DNA from: Macrostomum lignano
Taxonomy: Eukaryota
Reading direction: 5' to 3'
DNA length: 64,000 bases
Assembly (NCBI GenBank): GCA_002269645.1
Contig: NIVC01003798.1
Span: 12,316-76,315 of the forward strand
Below are positions 12,101-23,796 of this stretch, one piece after another. The translations under genes and the position numbers were made by a program. Positions within the stretch are counted from its first letter, which is position 1. The number at the start of each line of letters is the position of its first letter. The notes under the pieces are model-generated. The model was given only the letters and a program-made list of their open reading frames with translations, was not told where the DNA came from and did not search any database.

Positions 12101-13023
12101 ACTGTACTTTCAATGTAGGGTGTTTCAACGAAGCTTTGACATTCGGCTTCCACGGTTTCCTGTTGAAAACCTACGCATGCATCAATTAATTTGGTTGGTT
12201 CTTTTGGAACGCCAGCTTTTAGCTGTTTTGCTTTTTCTGGCACTTCGATGATTTCGTCTTCAATGAAGGTGCCTGTTGCGGTGACCATGAGCGACGGTGT
12301 TGTGACCAGTACATTGCTTGTAAAGTATTCTAAGTTTACTGTCGCTGTTTCGGTGCTGCTTTTATCTATCGCGAATCGGCTCTCCGTGTCCCGCGTCAGC
12401 GATCTATCCGCAGGCTTACAAGCAATGCTGGCCTCGATTGTGCGCTGGCGACCAATAGCATTCCCATCGGCAAAAGCTCGTTCGAAACGAAGCTCCGTCG
12501 TCGCCAATGTCGGTAGTTCGGTTTGACAATCAACACCGACTGTCTCTATCATTGGTTGCCTTGACGTCGCAACCTTGAAGCTTTGCCGACTGTCCAGCTG
12601 ATCTGTTGACTCTTCGTCTTTGGCTACTGTCCAATCAGCTGACGTTGCGTTGACAATCGGATGAGGGCACTTCTGTCTAAGATATTCCTTCACTTCCTCC
12701 TCGTTTTCTTCAATGTAACTGTAAACTATGCTAACAGTTTCGGCGCTGTGCGTTGGTTGAACACTTTTCTGATGGGCGTTGCTTGAAAATGCGTCCACAT
12801 GCTTTGACCAGTCTTTGTCTTTGTCTTTATCTCTATCAGTCGCCACGTCGGTTTGAGTGGCGCAGCTTGTGACTGACTTGCTGCTGGGCCAGTGCTCGCT
12901 AAGCCTGGAGTGCTGAACAGTCTCCGACATTAAGTTGTACGTGAGCATGTCACGTCTGTCTGCCTCCCAACCAGGCCTGCGCTCGTTACTGACGTCTCTG
13001 TCGAGTCGCGAAGCTACTGCTTC
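3184..13023 (-). CDS. Giant terminal coding exon (9840 bp, ~3280 codons) of the plakin-like gene
   Basis: Acceptor TTTTATAG|GAA at 13024/13023 is in phase with the upstream exon; stop TAA at 3184-3186. Supplied ORFs 9772-12948, 8471-10084, 6756-8783 and 3184-6759 join into one frame if three single-C losses in C runs (9810, 8509, 6761) are restored. Confidence 0.75.
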
Positions 13024-16000
13024 CTATAAAATTTCATTGGTTTCGCTTTAGTTTCCTCAGAAAATCTATATTTTTGAGCTTGATTTTTACGTACCAGAAC
13101 ATCGCTTTGCCTAGCGGACGAGGCTCTCGATAGAGGACTGTGGAACTGCCATTCGTCTATTCTAGCCTGAAGCTCTTCTATTTGGGACATGCTGTCGCTC
13201 TGGAACTGGCTGTAAGAGTTTTGATAGACAAATTTAAGAGGCCATAATAAGCTCACTGACTACTAAGAACTACTGAGAACTATCTGAGAACTACTGAGAA
13301 CTACTGAGAACTACTGAGAGTTACGGAGAACTATTGAGAATTACTGAGAACTATTGAGAACTACTGAGAACTACTGAGAACTACTGAAAACTACTGAGAA
13401 CTACTGAGAACTACTGAGAACTACTGAGAACTACTGAGAACTACTGAGAACTACTGAGAACTACTGAGAACTACTGAGAACTACTAAGAACTACTGAGAA
13501 CTACTGAGAATTTGAGCTCCTACGGCAGCTCGATGCTAAGAATTACTCGAAGACAGCAAGGTGGTAGCTTAGTACTAACCAACTTTGGTTAACTTTGAAA
13601 CAATAGGACTGCTCGTCAACCGAAACAATTACCCAGATAGAAAGCAACGCGAAGGCTTTTTTCAAGCTTACTTCATAGCGCTGAATTCCGACAGCACATT
13701 AGTAGTCTCTTTCAACAGAGTCCGTTGATCCGGGGTGGAAAAATCGACCTGCTCCCTCAGGTGCTTCCAGTGTTTTAGGTGGTCCATCAGTTTCTGCAGC
13801 AACGATTTTTGTCGCGATAGCTCACTCTCTCGGACAGCGCTCTGCTCCTCGGAGTCTGATTCGAAATTCGGGATTTTATTGCTTGTTGTTTAACACTGAA
13901 GACTGTTACTAATAGGTAATGTGCTGCAAATTTATTCTGTTTACTTTTATTTAAAATGGCCTAGATTTTTTTATTGGTTACAAATTTTTATATCTGAAGG
14001 AACAGTCACACCAGGAATCCAACTTGGCATCAGATTCTATTCAGAAATGGCGTTCACCATCAGATCTGATTCAGAAATGGCGTTCACCATCAGATCTGAT
14101 TCAGAAATGGCGTTCACCATCAGATCTGATTCAGAAATGGCGTTCACCATCAGATCTGATTCAGAAATGGCGTTCACCATCTGATCTGATTCAGAAATGG
14201 CGTTCACCATCTGATCTGATTCAGAAATGGCGTTCACCATCTGATCTGATTCAGAAATGGCGTTCACCATCAGATCTGATTCAGAAATGGCGTTCACCAT
14301 CAGATCTGATTCAGAAATGGCGTTCACCATCAGAAATGGCATTCACCATCAGATCTGATTCAGAAATGGCGTTCACCATCAGATCTGATTCAGAAATGGC
14401 GTTCACCATCAGATCTGATTCAGAAATGGCGTTCACCATCAGATCTGATTCAGAAATGGCGTTCACCATCAGATCTGATTCAGAAATGGCGTTCACCATC
14501 TGATCTGATTCAGAAATAGCGTTCACCATCAGATCTGATTCAGAAATGGCGTTCACCATCTGATCTGATTCAGAAATGGCGTTCACCATCAGATCTGATT
14601 CAGAAATGGCGTTCACCATCAGATCTGATTCAGAAATGGCGTTCACCATCAGAAATGGCATTCACCATCAGATCTGATTCAGAAATGGCGTTCACCATCT
14701 GATCTGATTCAGAAATAGCGTTCACCATCAGATCTGATTCAGAAATGGCGTTCACCATCAGACCCGATTCAGAAATGGCGTTCACCATCAGAAATGGCAT
14801 TCACCATCAGATCTGATTCAGAAATGGCGTTCACCATCAGAAATGGCATTCACCATCAGAAATGGCATTCACCATCAGAAATGGCATTAAACATCAGAAA
14901 TGGCATTAAACATCAGAAATGGCATTCACCATCAGAAATGGCATTCACCATCAGAAATGGCATTCACCATCAGAAATGGCATTCACCATCAGAAATGGCA
15001 TTCACCATCAGAAATGGCATTCACCATCAGAAATGGCATTAAACATCAGAAATGGCATTCACCATCAAAAATGGCATTCACCATCAGAAATGGCATTCAC
15101 CATCAGAAATGGCATTCACCATCAGAAATGGCATTCACCATCAGAAATGGCATTAAACATCAGAAATGGCATTCACCATCAAAAATGGCATTCACCATCA
15201 GAAATGGCATTCACCATCAGAAATGGCATTCACCATCAGAAATGGCATTCACCATCAGAAATGGCATTCACCATCAGAAATGGCATTCACCATCAGAAAT
15301 GGCATTCACCATCAGAAATGGCATTCACCATCAGAAATGGCATTCACCATCAGAAATGGCATTCACCATCAGAAATGGCATTCACCATCAGAAATGGCAT
15401 TCACCATCAGAAATGGCATGCATAATCAGAAATTACATTCACCATCAGAAATGGCATTCACCATCAGAAATGGCATTCACCATCAGAAATGGCATTCACC
15501 ATCAGAAATGGCATGCATAATCAGAAATTACATTCACTATCAGGTTCCATTCAGAAATGGCACCCACACCCAGATCCGAAAAAGATACGATAACGATAAA
15601 TATTGTCATGAAAAACTGAGCACGTGGTCTCAGCAGCTCACCGCAGGCGACAAGATTATTACGAACAACTCGCAGCGCATTCATCAACTGCTGTCGACCT
15701 TCGACGTCGATCAGGATGTCACCAGAGGCTCGTTCCAGGTGGTTCAGAAACTCCCGAACTTGAGGCAACAGTTTAGAGAACACGGGCTGAAATTTCCAAG
15801 CGTATCAATTGTTGTTTTCTACATGATTTATAAACACTACTGGCTAAATATCAAGGACTTACCACTGAACCGTGGCCGAGGCTTCGCAAATAGGCGGTGT
15901 AACAGCTGACCAGCCAGGCCCTGGATTTGCTGAGCAGGGCCGCCCACGCGTTCAACAACTTCTTGCGAATGCTGAAATGCATTACATGGATACAAAGTAC

Positions 16001-19000
16001 GCCTTGAGGTGATTCCAATTCAGACATGCTATGCCCAATCATATTCTGTAATCTAACGTGAACTATAGAACATTTTTTTCTATCTGGAATGCGCAGCGCA
16101 TGGCTTGTGCGACAGTAAATATCCCATTTCATAAACACCAATGAAATGGGATCATTATATAGGAAACATGCACATGAATATATTAGCGTTCAGGGCTCAT
16201 CCGCCTCCTCCCAGCTCACCTTCTGAATTCCTAGTCTAGACTAATCCACCTAGAAGATATCCAGAGTTACGAGTCACCGATTCGACAAAAGCCAAATGAC
16301 TTTTGTCCTACAAGATCTTAGGAACAAACCCAAAAAGTATCTCATCCTACAGAATCTTAGGAACAAACCCAAAAAGTATCTCATCCTACAGAATCTTAGG
16401 AACAAGCCCGCTACAGAGCATCTCATCCTACAGAATCTTAGGAGCAAGACCGCAACAGAGCATCTCATCCTACAGAATCTTAGGAACAAGCCCGCAACAG
16501 AGCATTTCATCCTACAGAATCTTAGGAGCAAGACCGCAACAGAGCATCTCATCCTACAGAATCTTAGGAACAAGCCCGCAACAGAGCATCTCATCCTACA
16601 GAATCTTAGGAGATATCCCACAACAGAGCAAACAAAAAATGAGTGTGACAGCTGATCTGAGCAAATCACCGAGGTCACTTACACGAGAGCCACTTCCCCA
16701 GACTCTGTGTCGGGTGGCGGCAGCCAGATGCAGATGCTGGGCACCTCCATCACTGTGCCGTCAGTTTTTCGCACCTTCCAGGTCAATGGCTTCGTATTGT
16801 CAAGGACCGCGACTTCTTCCGAATCCAGCAACGTGTTCTGTAGGACGAACGAACGTTGGAGTTTACAGAAAAAACTCTTGTAAACTTATAAAGACTACAT
16901 TTACTCTCGTATAAACACTCATACAGTGTAAACATTCTCCTACAAGATAAATACTTGTACGATACTACATGCCTTCTTCGAATCTTATTACAGGACATTA
17001 TGAAACATCATCGAATATTTTAACAGTGAATTCATTCGACGATATTCTTAAAAACTCTCCGACAGTAATAAACACTCTCCGACACTACTAAACACTCTCC
17101 GACACTACTAAACACTCTCCGACACTACTAAACACTCTCCGACACTACTAAACACACTCCAACACTACTAAACACCACCGACAATAATTAACACTCTCCG
17201 ACACTACTAAACAGTCTCCGACACTACTAAACACCCTCCGGCACTACTAAACACTCTCCGACACTACTAAACACTCTCCGACACTACTAAACACTCTCCG
17301 ACACTACTAAACACTCTCCGACAAATGGCACTCTCACCTCTCCGTCATCAAACCGGAAGATGTTACGTCCCGGATGAGGCGTCTCCAGCGGTTGATTGCG
17401 CCGGTAAACCGGGACAATTCGATGACTGCGCGACACGAGCTGGTCAGCTCGCTGCCATAGCATGAGGAAATTCGAAAAATTGTCCTGCAAAATAGGGAGA
17501 AAAAATAATAACATTTTTTACTTCCATAACTGTTCAATACTTTTTATATGCTATATTGCACAAACATTTAGTGCTAAAGCCCCTGGTGCTAAAGCCCCTG
17601 GTGCTAAAGCCCCTGGTGCTAAAGCCCCTGGTGCTAAAGCCCCTGGTGCTAAAGCCCCTGGTGCTAAAGCCCCTGGTGCTAAAGCCCCTGGTGCTAAAGC
17701 CCTGGTGCTAAAGCCCCTGGTGCTAAAGCCCCTGGTGCTAAAGCCCGTGGTGCTAAAGCCCCTGGTGCTAAATCCCCTGGTGCTAAAGCCCGTGGTGCTA
17801 AAGCCCGTGGTGCTAAAGCCCGTGGTGCTAAAGCCCCTGGTGCTAAAGCCCCTGGTGCTAAAGCCCCTGGTGCTAAAGCCCCTGGTGCTAAAGCCCTGGT
17901 GCTAAATCCCCTGGTGCTAAAGCCCGTGGTGCTAAAGCCCCTGGTGCTAAAGCCCCTGGTGCTAAAGCCCCTGGTGCTAAAGCCCCTGGTGCTAAAGCCC
18001 CTGGTGCTAAAGCCCCTGGTGCTAGAGCCCCTGGTGCTAAAGCCCCTGGTGCTAAAGCCCCTGGTGCTAAAGCCCCTGGTGCTAAAGCCCGTGGTGCTAA
18101 AGCCCCTGATGCTAAAGCCCCTGGTGCCATGATTTGCTACTTTCCAGTCCTACAGTTATTATGTATCCTTGGAAGATCCTCCGAATCCTTGGACTTTGGC
18201 CACTTTACAGTCGCATCAATCTCCACGTTAGAAACTCACACTCAAGACCGTGTTCATCCGCTGCATAGAGCTCAGCTGTCCTGTTGGCGGAATCGAACCA
18301 ATGACTTGAGCGTTAGTCAGCTTTCGCGAGTTGATCAGTCCGTCCAGCTCGTTGGCGTCGTGGTAGAACGAGTGATAATCTGCCGAGTTCTTCAGGTGCA
18401 GCTGGGTCAGCTCGGCGAGCCGAGTCACCCATTCCCAGGTCTGCAACACCTCACTGCTGATTAGCTGTTGAATGCGAATTGTGGGGGTGATGGCCAAGCC
18501 TTTGAGTTCTTCTTCTACAGAAATTAAGTAAAAAAAGTTGCTCAATTTCCCAAGCAAGATTGAAAGAAGAGATGTACTCACAGCTGCTCAAATCCCCAAG
18601 GGCAAAGTGAAAGAAGAGATGTACTCACAGCTGCTCAAATCCCCAAGGGCAAAGTGAAAGAAGAGATGTACTCACAGCTGCTCAAATCCTCAAGGGCAAA
18701 GTGAAAGAAGAGATGTACTCACAGCTGCTCAAATCCTCAAGGGCAAAGTGAAAGAAGAGATGTACTCACAGCTGCTCAAATCCCCAAGGGCAAAGTGAAA
18801 GAAGAGATGTACTCAAAGCTGCTCAAATCCCCAAGGGCAAAGTGAAAGAAGAGATGTACTCAAAGCTGCTCAAATCCCCAAGGGCAAAGTGAAAGAAGAG
18901 ATGTACTCACAGCTGCTCAAGTCCCCAAGGGCAAAGTGAAAGAAGAGATGTACTCAAAGCTGCTCAAATCCCCAAGGGCAAAGTGAAAGAAGAGATGTAC

Positions 19001-20050
19001 TCACAGCTGCTCAAATCCCCAAGGGCAAAGTGAAAGAAGAGATGTACTCACAGCTGCTCAAATCCCCAAGGGCAAAGTGAAAGAAGAGATGTACTCAAAG
19101 CTGCTCAAATCCCCAAGGGCAAAGTGAAAGAAGAGATGTACTCACAGCTGCTCAAATCCCCAAGGGCAAAGTGAAAGAAGAGATGTACTCAAAGCTGCTC
19201 AAATCCCCAAGGGCAAAGTGAAAGAAGAGATGTACTCAAAGCTGCTCAAATCCCCAAGGGCAAAGTGAAAGAAGAGATGTACTCACAGCTGCTCAAGTCC
19301 CAAGGGCAAAGTGAAAGAAGAGATGTACTCAAAGCTGCTCAAATCCCCAAGGGCAAAGTGAAAGAAGAGATGTACTCACAGCTGCTCAAATCCCCAAGGG
19401 CAAAGTGAAAGAAGAGATGTACTCACAGCTGCTCAAATCCCCAAGGGCAAAGTGAAAGAAGAGATGTACTCAAAGCTGCTCAAATCCCCAAGGGCAAAGT
19501 GAAAGAAGAGATGTACTCAAAGCTGCTCAAATCCCCAAGGGCAAAGTGAAAGAAGAGATGTACTCAAAGCTGCTCAAATTCGCATATCCTCCTTGTCCCC
19601 CCAGTCCCCCCTAGGCGACGCCCCCCCCCAGACTCACCCTGCCGCTGCTGCTGTCGAAGCTGGAGGCCGCCGCCTGTCCTTGAGACAAGCCGATGGCCTG
19701 ATCGGCAGCCCGGCGACACGACTCAGACAGGACGTCCTCGAGGCTGGCTATCTGGCGCAGGTAGGCAATGGCGCTCTGATTGCTGGCCACATCGCTCCGT
19801 GCTTTGTTGAACCGCTCGGCATAGGCGCTGCTGACTGCCGCATCGTTCAATTTGGACAGCCTGGCGTCCAACTCGTCGATTTGGTTCAGCAGAATCTTCT
19901 GGTCGATGTCCTGCTTCCGTAGGGCCTGCTGACTGCAGCCCAGCCGGCTGCTGGCGATGGAGCCGGCATGGACTGACAACCAGGCGTCGGCGGCTGCAGC
20001 GGCAGCAGCTTTCGGTGCTGCTGCACTTATCAACGAGGCCAGGTTGAATT
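3184..20050 (-). CDS. Plakin-family protein (plakin domain with spectrin-like repeats and SH3) with a giant repetitive terminal exon; spliced, 5' end unresolved, ~3800 aa identifiable
   Basis: Exons with GT/AG ends: 20050-19638, 18514-18240, 17484-17338, 16837-16683, 15971-15863, 15786-15642, ~13900-13672, 13209-13095, 13023-3184. Plakin-type motifs: WEWVTRLAELTQLHLKNSADYHSFYHDANE; SRSHRIVPVYRRNQP; SH3 VLDNTKPLTWKVRKTDGTVMEVPSICIWLPPPDTE (plakin consensus L.DN...W.V....G.E..VPSVCF..PPPD). Splice phases agree from 18514 to 15642 and from 13672 to 13023. The 19638/18514 junction and the 5' part of the ~13900 exon each need a 1-nt correction. Confidence 0.8.
3270..3900 (-). repeat. Coding 69-bp (23-aa) tandem repeat TRREGTALESTDSVSSARAQLGV, 9 copies
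   Basis: In frame within ORF 3184-6759; 69-bp period. Confidence 0.9.
4595..11965 (-). repeat. Coding modular array: unit A 171 bp/57 aa (~30 copies) and unit B 138 bp/46 aa (~16 copies) sharing a 20-aa head
   Basis: Shared head ADGGMRYKDEPKLEACASSL. A tail: EFSFEHGSARAASVVKEASVQVNQPVGAMGAFDEVLT. B tail: ELEYEAAGIQVKQAVSEMGSCEQILT. The 309-bp (A+B) and 480-bp (AAB) periodicities are visible in the ORF track. Confidence 0.92.
13262..13510. repeat. 10-bp intronic repeat (GAGAACTACT)n
   Basis: Direct periodicity, inside plakin intron 13210-13671. Confidence 0.95.
14030..15560. repeat. Intronic compound minisatellite: 30-bp unit (TCAGAAATGGCGTTCACCATCAGATCTGAT) changing to 19-bp unit (CAGAAATGGCATTCACCAT)
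   Basis: Direct periodicity; switch near 14800-14840. Confidence 0.95.
16300..16620. repeat. 42-bp intronic minisatellite (ATCTCATCCTACAGAATCTTAGGAACAAGCCCGCAACAGAGC), ~7 copies
   Basis: Direct periodicity, intron 15972-16682. Confidence 0.93.
16683..16837 (-). CDS. Exon encoding the plakin-type SH3 domain
   Basis: CCTACAG|AAC acceptor and CGT|GTAAGT donor; peptide NTLLDSEEVAVLDNTKPLTWKVRKTDGTVMEVPSICIWLPPPDTESGEVAL. This frame is not in the supplied ORF track. Confidence 0.88.
17060..17322. repeat. 20-bp intronic minisatellite (ACACTACTAAACACTCTCCG)
   Basis: Direct periodicity, intron 16838-17337. Confidence 0.93.
17570..18128. repeat. 15-bp intronic minisatellite (GCTAAAGCCCCTGGT), ~37 copies
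   Basis: Direct periodicity, intron 17485-18239. Confidence 0.95.
18570..19578. repeat. 47-bp intronic minisatellite (GAAAGAAGAGATGTACTCACAGCTGCTCAAATCCCCAAGGGCAAAGT), ~22 copies
   Basis: Direct periodicity, intron 18515-19637. Confidence 0.96.
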
Positions 20051-20296
20051 CTGACAGGTGAGAGAATTAAATATCATAATTTAATTAGTCTCGCTTCTGG
20101 GAGGAGGACCGGTGCCGCCCACGGGCCCTGATGCATACAAATGATCACGCTATAGACGGAATTGTTCGTCAGAGATTTTGTTAGCCAAGGGGGTCATTTT
20201 GGAGCCCCAGGTACTCAAATTAGGTGTCATCTCCTCAAGTGACAACCCTGAAACGAACGGTTGTGACTAGCCCCTGAAAGGACCCTGACACACTTG

Positions 20297-20760
20297 TAGC
20301 GGCACCCCTGACACATTTATAGCGGCACCCCTGACACATTTATAGCGGCACCCCTGACACATTTATAGCGGCACCCCTGACACATTTATAGCGGCACCCC
20401 TGACACATTTATAGCGGCACCCCTGACATATTTATAGCGGCACCCCTGACACATTTATAGCGGCACCCCTGACACATTTATAGCGGCACCCCTGACACAT
20501 TTATAGCGGCACCCCTGACACATTTATAGCGGCACCCCTGACACATTTATAGCGGCACCCCTGACACATTTATAGCGGCACCCCTGACACATTTATAGCG
20601 GCACCCCTGACACATTTATAGCGGCACCCCTGACACATTTATAGCGGCACCCCTGACACATTTATAGCGGCACCCCTGACACATTTATAGCGGCACCCCT
20701 GACACATTTATAGCGGCACCCCTGACACATTTATAGCGGCACTCCTGATACATTTTTAGT
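20297..20760. repeat. 23-bp minisatellite (GCGGCACCCCTGACACATTTATA), ~20 copies
   Basis: Direct periodicity. Confidence 0.95.
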
Positions 20761-21349
20761 GGCCTTTCTGACACCCTATCGAGGCATCACTAAAATAACT
20801 CCTTTAAAATGGCGCTCCTGACACCTAAGTGGTGCTGACGCCCATTATAATGCACAGTCCGATTTTCAACTCACCTCTGTCAGAAGTTTATAGTCGAATT
20901 AAACTTGCTCTACCAACAAAATCTTAGATTTCGATTTTCTTTTGAAAACAGTCGATTCGTTCAGACAAGAAATATATCTATCAATAGTTTCAAAAATATT
21001 CTTAGAAAAGAATTCGCTCCAAGCGAAATGAGGGCCGGACAAATGAACTGCCCTGAGGGTTGTTCATAAATATGGAAACTCAAGCTTCTTGCTTAACCAT
21101 ATGCAGAGTTGAAACCCTCAGTCCAACAGGAGTGAGTGCCTCTACGAATCGCTGCGTAGTGAGACAAAAAATATAAGAATGCAAGACCACGTGAGAAAGA
21201 ATAATCGAGACAGAGATTCTGGTTACAATAATGGAGAGATAGAGATTGCTTGCGATGGGTCATTCGGTAAAAAAACTGCAACCCGGCGCACTCTTCTTAT
21301 TTTGCCCCCCCCCCCCCTGTCTGTCTGTCTGTCCGCGCGATAGCCACAC

Positions 21350-21428
21350 GCAGCAACATCTTATAAAGTTTCCACCCGAAACCAGTAGTGGACGGTCGTC
21401 AAGTATTTTCTCAGCGGCCCGTGCTATT
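21350..21428 (-). CDS. Candidate upstream exon of the plakin-like gene
   Basis: TTTATAG|A acceptor directly next to the 17-bp array, open frame IARAAEKILDDRPLLVSGGNFIRCCC, weak donor TGC|GTGTGG. No recognisable motif and not linked in phase to the 20050 exon. Confidence 0.25.
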
Positions 21429-21433
21429 CTATA

Positions 21434-21908
21434 AAGCTAGGATTAGGATAAAGCTAGGATTAGGATAAAGCTAGGATTAGGATAAAGCTAGGATTAGAAT
21501 AAAGCTAGGATTAGGATAAAGCTAGGATTAGGATAAAGCTAGGATTAGAATAAAGCTAGGATTAGGATAAAGCTAGGATTAGGATAAAGCTAGGATTAGG
21601 ATAAAGCTAGGATTAGGATAAAGCTAGGATTAGGATAAAGCTAGGATTTGGATAAAGCTAGGATTAGGATAAAGCTAGGATTAGGATAAAGCTAGGATTA
21701 GGATAAAGCTAGGATTTGGATAAAGCTAGGATTAGGATAAAGCTAGGATTTGAATAAAGCTAGGATTAGGATAAAGCTAGGATTAGGATAAAGCTAAGAT
21801 TAGGATAAAGCTAGGATTAGGATAAAGCTAGGATTAGGATAAAGCTAGGATTAGGATAAAGCTAGGATTAGGATAAAGCTAGGATTAGGATAAAGCTAGG
21901 ATTAGGAT
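21434..21908. repeat. 17-bp minisatellite (GGATAAAGCTAGGATTA), ~28 copies
   Basis: Direct periodicity. Confidence 0.95.
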
Positions 21909-22469
21909 TGTCAATGCTTTTTCGAGACTCTTAATTAAGGAGTTCAAGAGTGCAAAAGTTATGAATATGGATGCTATATGACACAGGGAGTCAGGAGTGA
22001 ATTGAACAGCATTAAGAGTAACTCAAGGGGTGCTCCAGCTCCTAAGTCAAGAGTAAGTTCAAAGGGTCGATTGACAATCTTAAATCAATTAAATGAGTCA
22101 GGAGTCAATGAGTCAATGAGAAAAAAAAAATGAGTCAATTTTTTTAAATATTTCAGGTCTAGATCTACATGTACGAGTAAATAGTATTTCTTTGTAATTG
22201 ATTCATAATTAAAACTAGCAATCTAGTGCCCCTCTTCAGGGCGCTCAATAGGCAAGGAGCAAAATTATTCATGGAAAACATTTAAAAAAGCACATTTTCT
22301 TTTCTTAAGCACATTTCCTTCTTCAGTTTTATAAATCACCTTATTCGAGTAAAATTGTCACGGACAAGGATGTTTGCTGTGAATCTCTTTCTTTTTTTCT
22401 AAAATTAGCAGAAAGACAACAAAATACAGCATTCACAAAGATAACAGACATTCCCCCTAAATAGAAAAA

Positions 22470-23060
22470 CATCCCAAGATAGCAAGCATCCCCCAGATAG
22501 CAAGCATCCCCCCAGATAGCAAGCATCCTCCAGATAGCAAGCATCCCCCCAGACAGCAAGCATCCCCCCAGATAGCAGCAAGCATCCCCCAGATAGCAAG
22601 CATCCCCAGATAGCAAGCATCCCCCAGATAGCAAGCATCCCCCAGATAGCAAGCATCCCCAGATAGCAAGCATCCCCAGATAGCAAGCATCCCCCAGATA
22701 GCAAGCATCCCCCAGATAGCAAGCATCCTCCCAGATAGCAAGCATCCCCCAGATAGCAAGCATCCCCCAGATAGCAAGCATCCCCCCAGATAGCAAGCAT
22801 CCCCAAGATAGCAAGCATCCCCAGATAGCAAGCATCCCAAGACAGCAAGCATCCCCCAGATAGCAAGCATCCCCCAGATAGCAAGCATCCCAAGACAGCA
22901 AGCATCCCCAGATAGCAAGCATCCCCAAGATAGCAAGCATCCCCCAGATAGCAAGCATCCCAAGACAAGCAAGCATCCCCCAGATAGCAAGCATCCCCCA
23001 GATAGCAAGCATCCCCAAGACAGCAAGCATCCCCCAGATAGCAAGCATCCCAAGATAGCA
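22470..23060. repeat. ~16-18-bp minisatellite (AGATAGCAAGCATC followed by a variable C run)
   Basis: Direct periodicity; unit length varies with the C run. Confidence 0.93.
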
Positions 23061-23624
23061 AGTCTCGGTTTTTTTATTGTTTTTTCAAGCATTTTCAAAT
23101 ATAAAAATGGTTGGCCAGGTGATCGACGCTGCTCACTGGGTCAAAGGGTGGCAACTTATCAATGTTGTTGAGTTTATATTTGAAAGCTTATGAATTAACT
23201 AATCATCAGAAAACGGCGTTCTTGGAAAAATTAACTTGATTGATAATATTATACGAAAAACTACGAGATCAATAATAAAGGTCCCATTTAGAAGCTTTTT
23301 TTTAGCCTTTAAAAGGGTTGCACACATTCTTTCATCACATGGTGTACAATAAATCAACCACGATCTTATCTTATGCTGGTGTGAACTAGCCTTGGAAAGT
23401 ATTCAATAATTACTTTTTCCGACTGTAAATTTAATAGGTAGTTTAATAAAGTAAATTTACGTATTCAATAATACGTAACCTAACCTGATTCAATTATACG
23501 AACAGATAATTATTAAAACTTTTTATCTTTCTTGCAAAAACCGGCTAACAAGTGTGTGTGTGTACTTACTATTACGAGCGTACTCCACTAACTGACCTTG
23601 ATAAAGACAAAGTCTAAGCTCTTT

Positions 23625-23796
23625 CTGATTGGCTGGGGTGGTTCTATACGTATTTGGCGGGGAGGGAGGGGTGGAAAACAATCCGCGCACGCTCTGACTT
23701 CTTTATAGACTGATAAATTTCAGCAGCCAATCAGGGCCGATCTGCCTTCAACCCATCCTCCCCCCAAAAAAACGGCATGGCAAATCGATTTATAAA
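23625..23796. promoter_or_regulatory. Putative promoter: two inverted extended CCAAT boxes, a G-rich box and TATAAA
   Basis: CTGATTGGCTG (23625-23635) and CAGCCAATCAG (23724-23734) are exact reverse complements. GGGGAGGGAGGGG lies between them. TATAAA is at 23791-23796, 58 bp before the nucleoplasmin ATG. Confidence 0.55.

Noticed and set aside
16215-16310. Possible extra plakin exon ending at AAG|GTGAG (~16220)
   Set aside because: All frames from nearby acceptors contain stops, and exons 16837-16683 and 15971-15863 already join in phase
14024-18132. ORFs from intronic minisatellites (MAFTIRSDSE, AKAPG, LKPLV etc.)
   Set aside because: They lie inside introns defined by flanking splice sites; unit lengths divisible by three keep frames open
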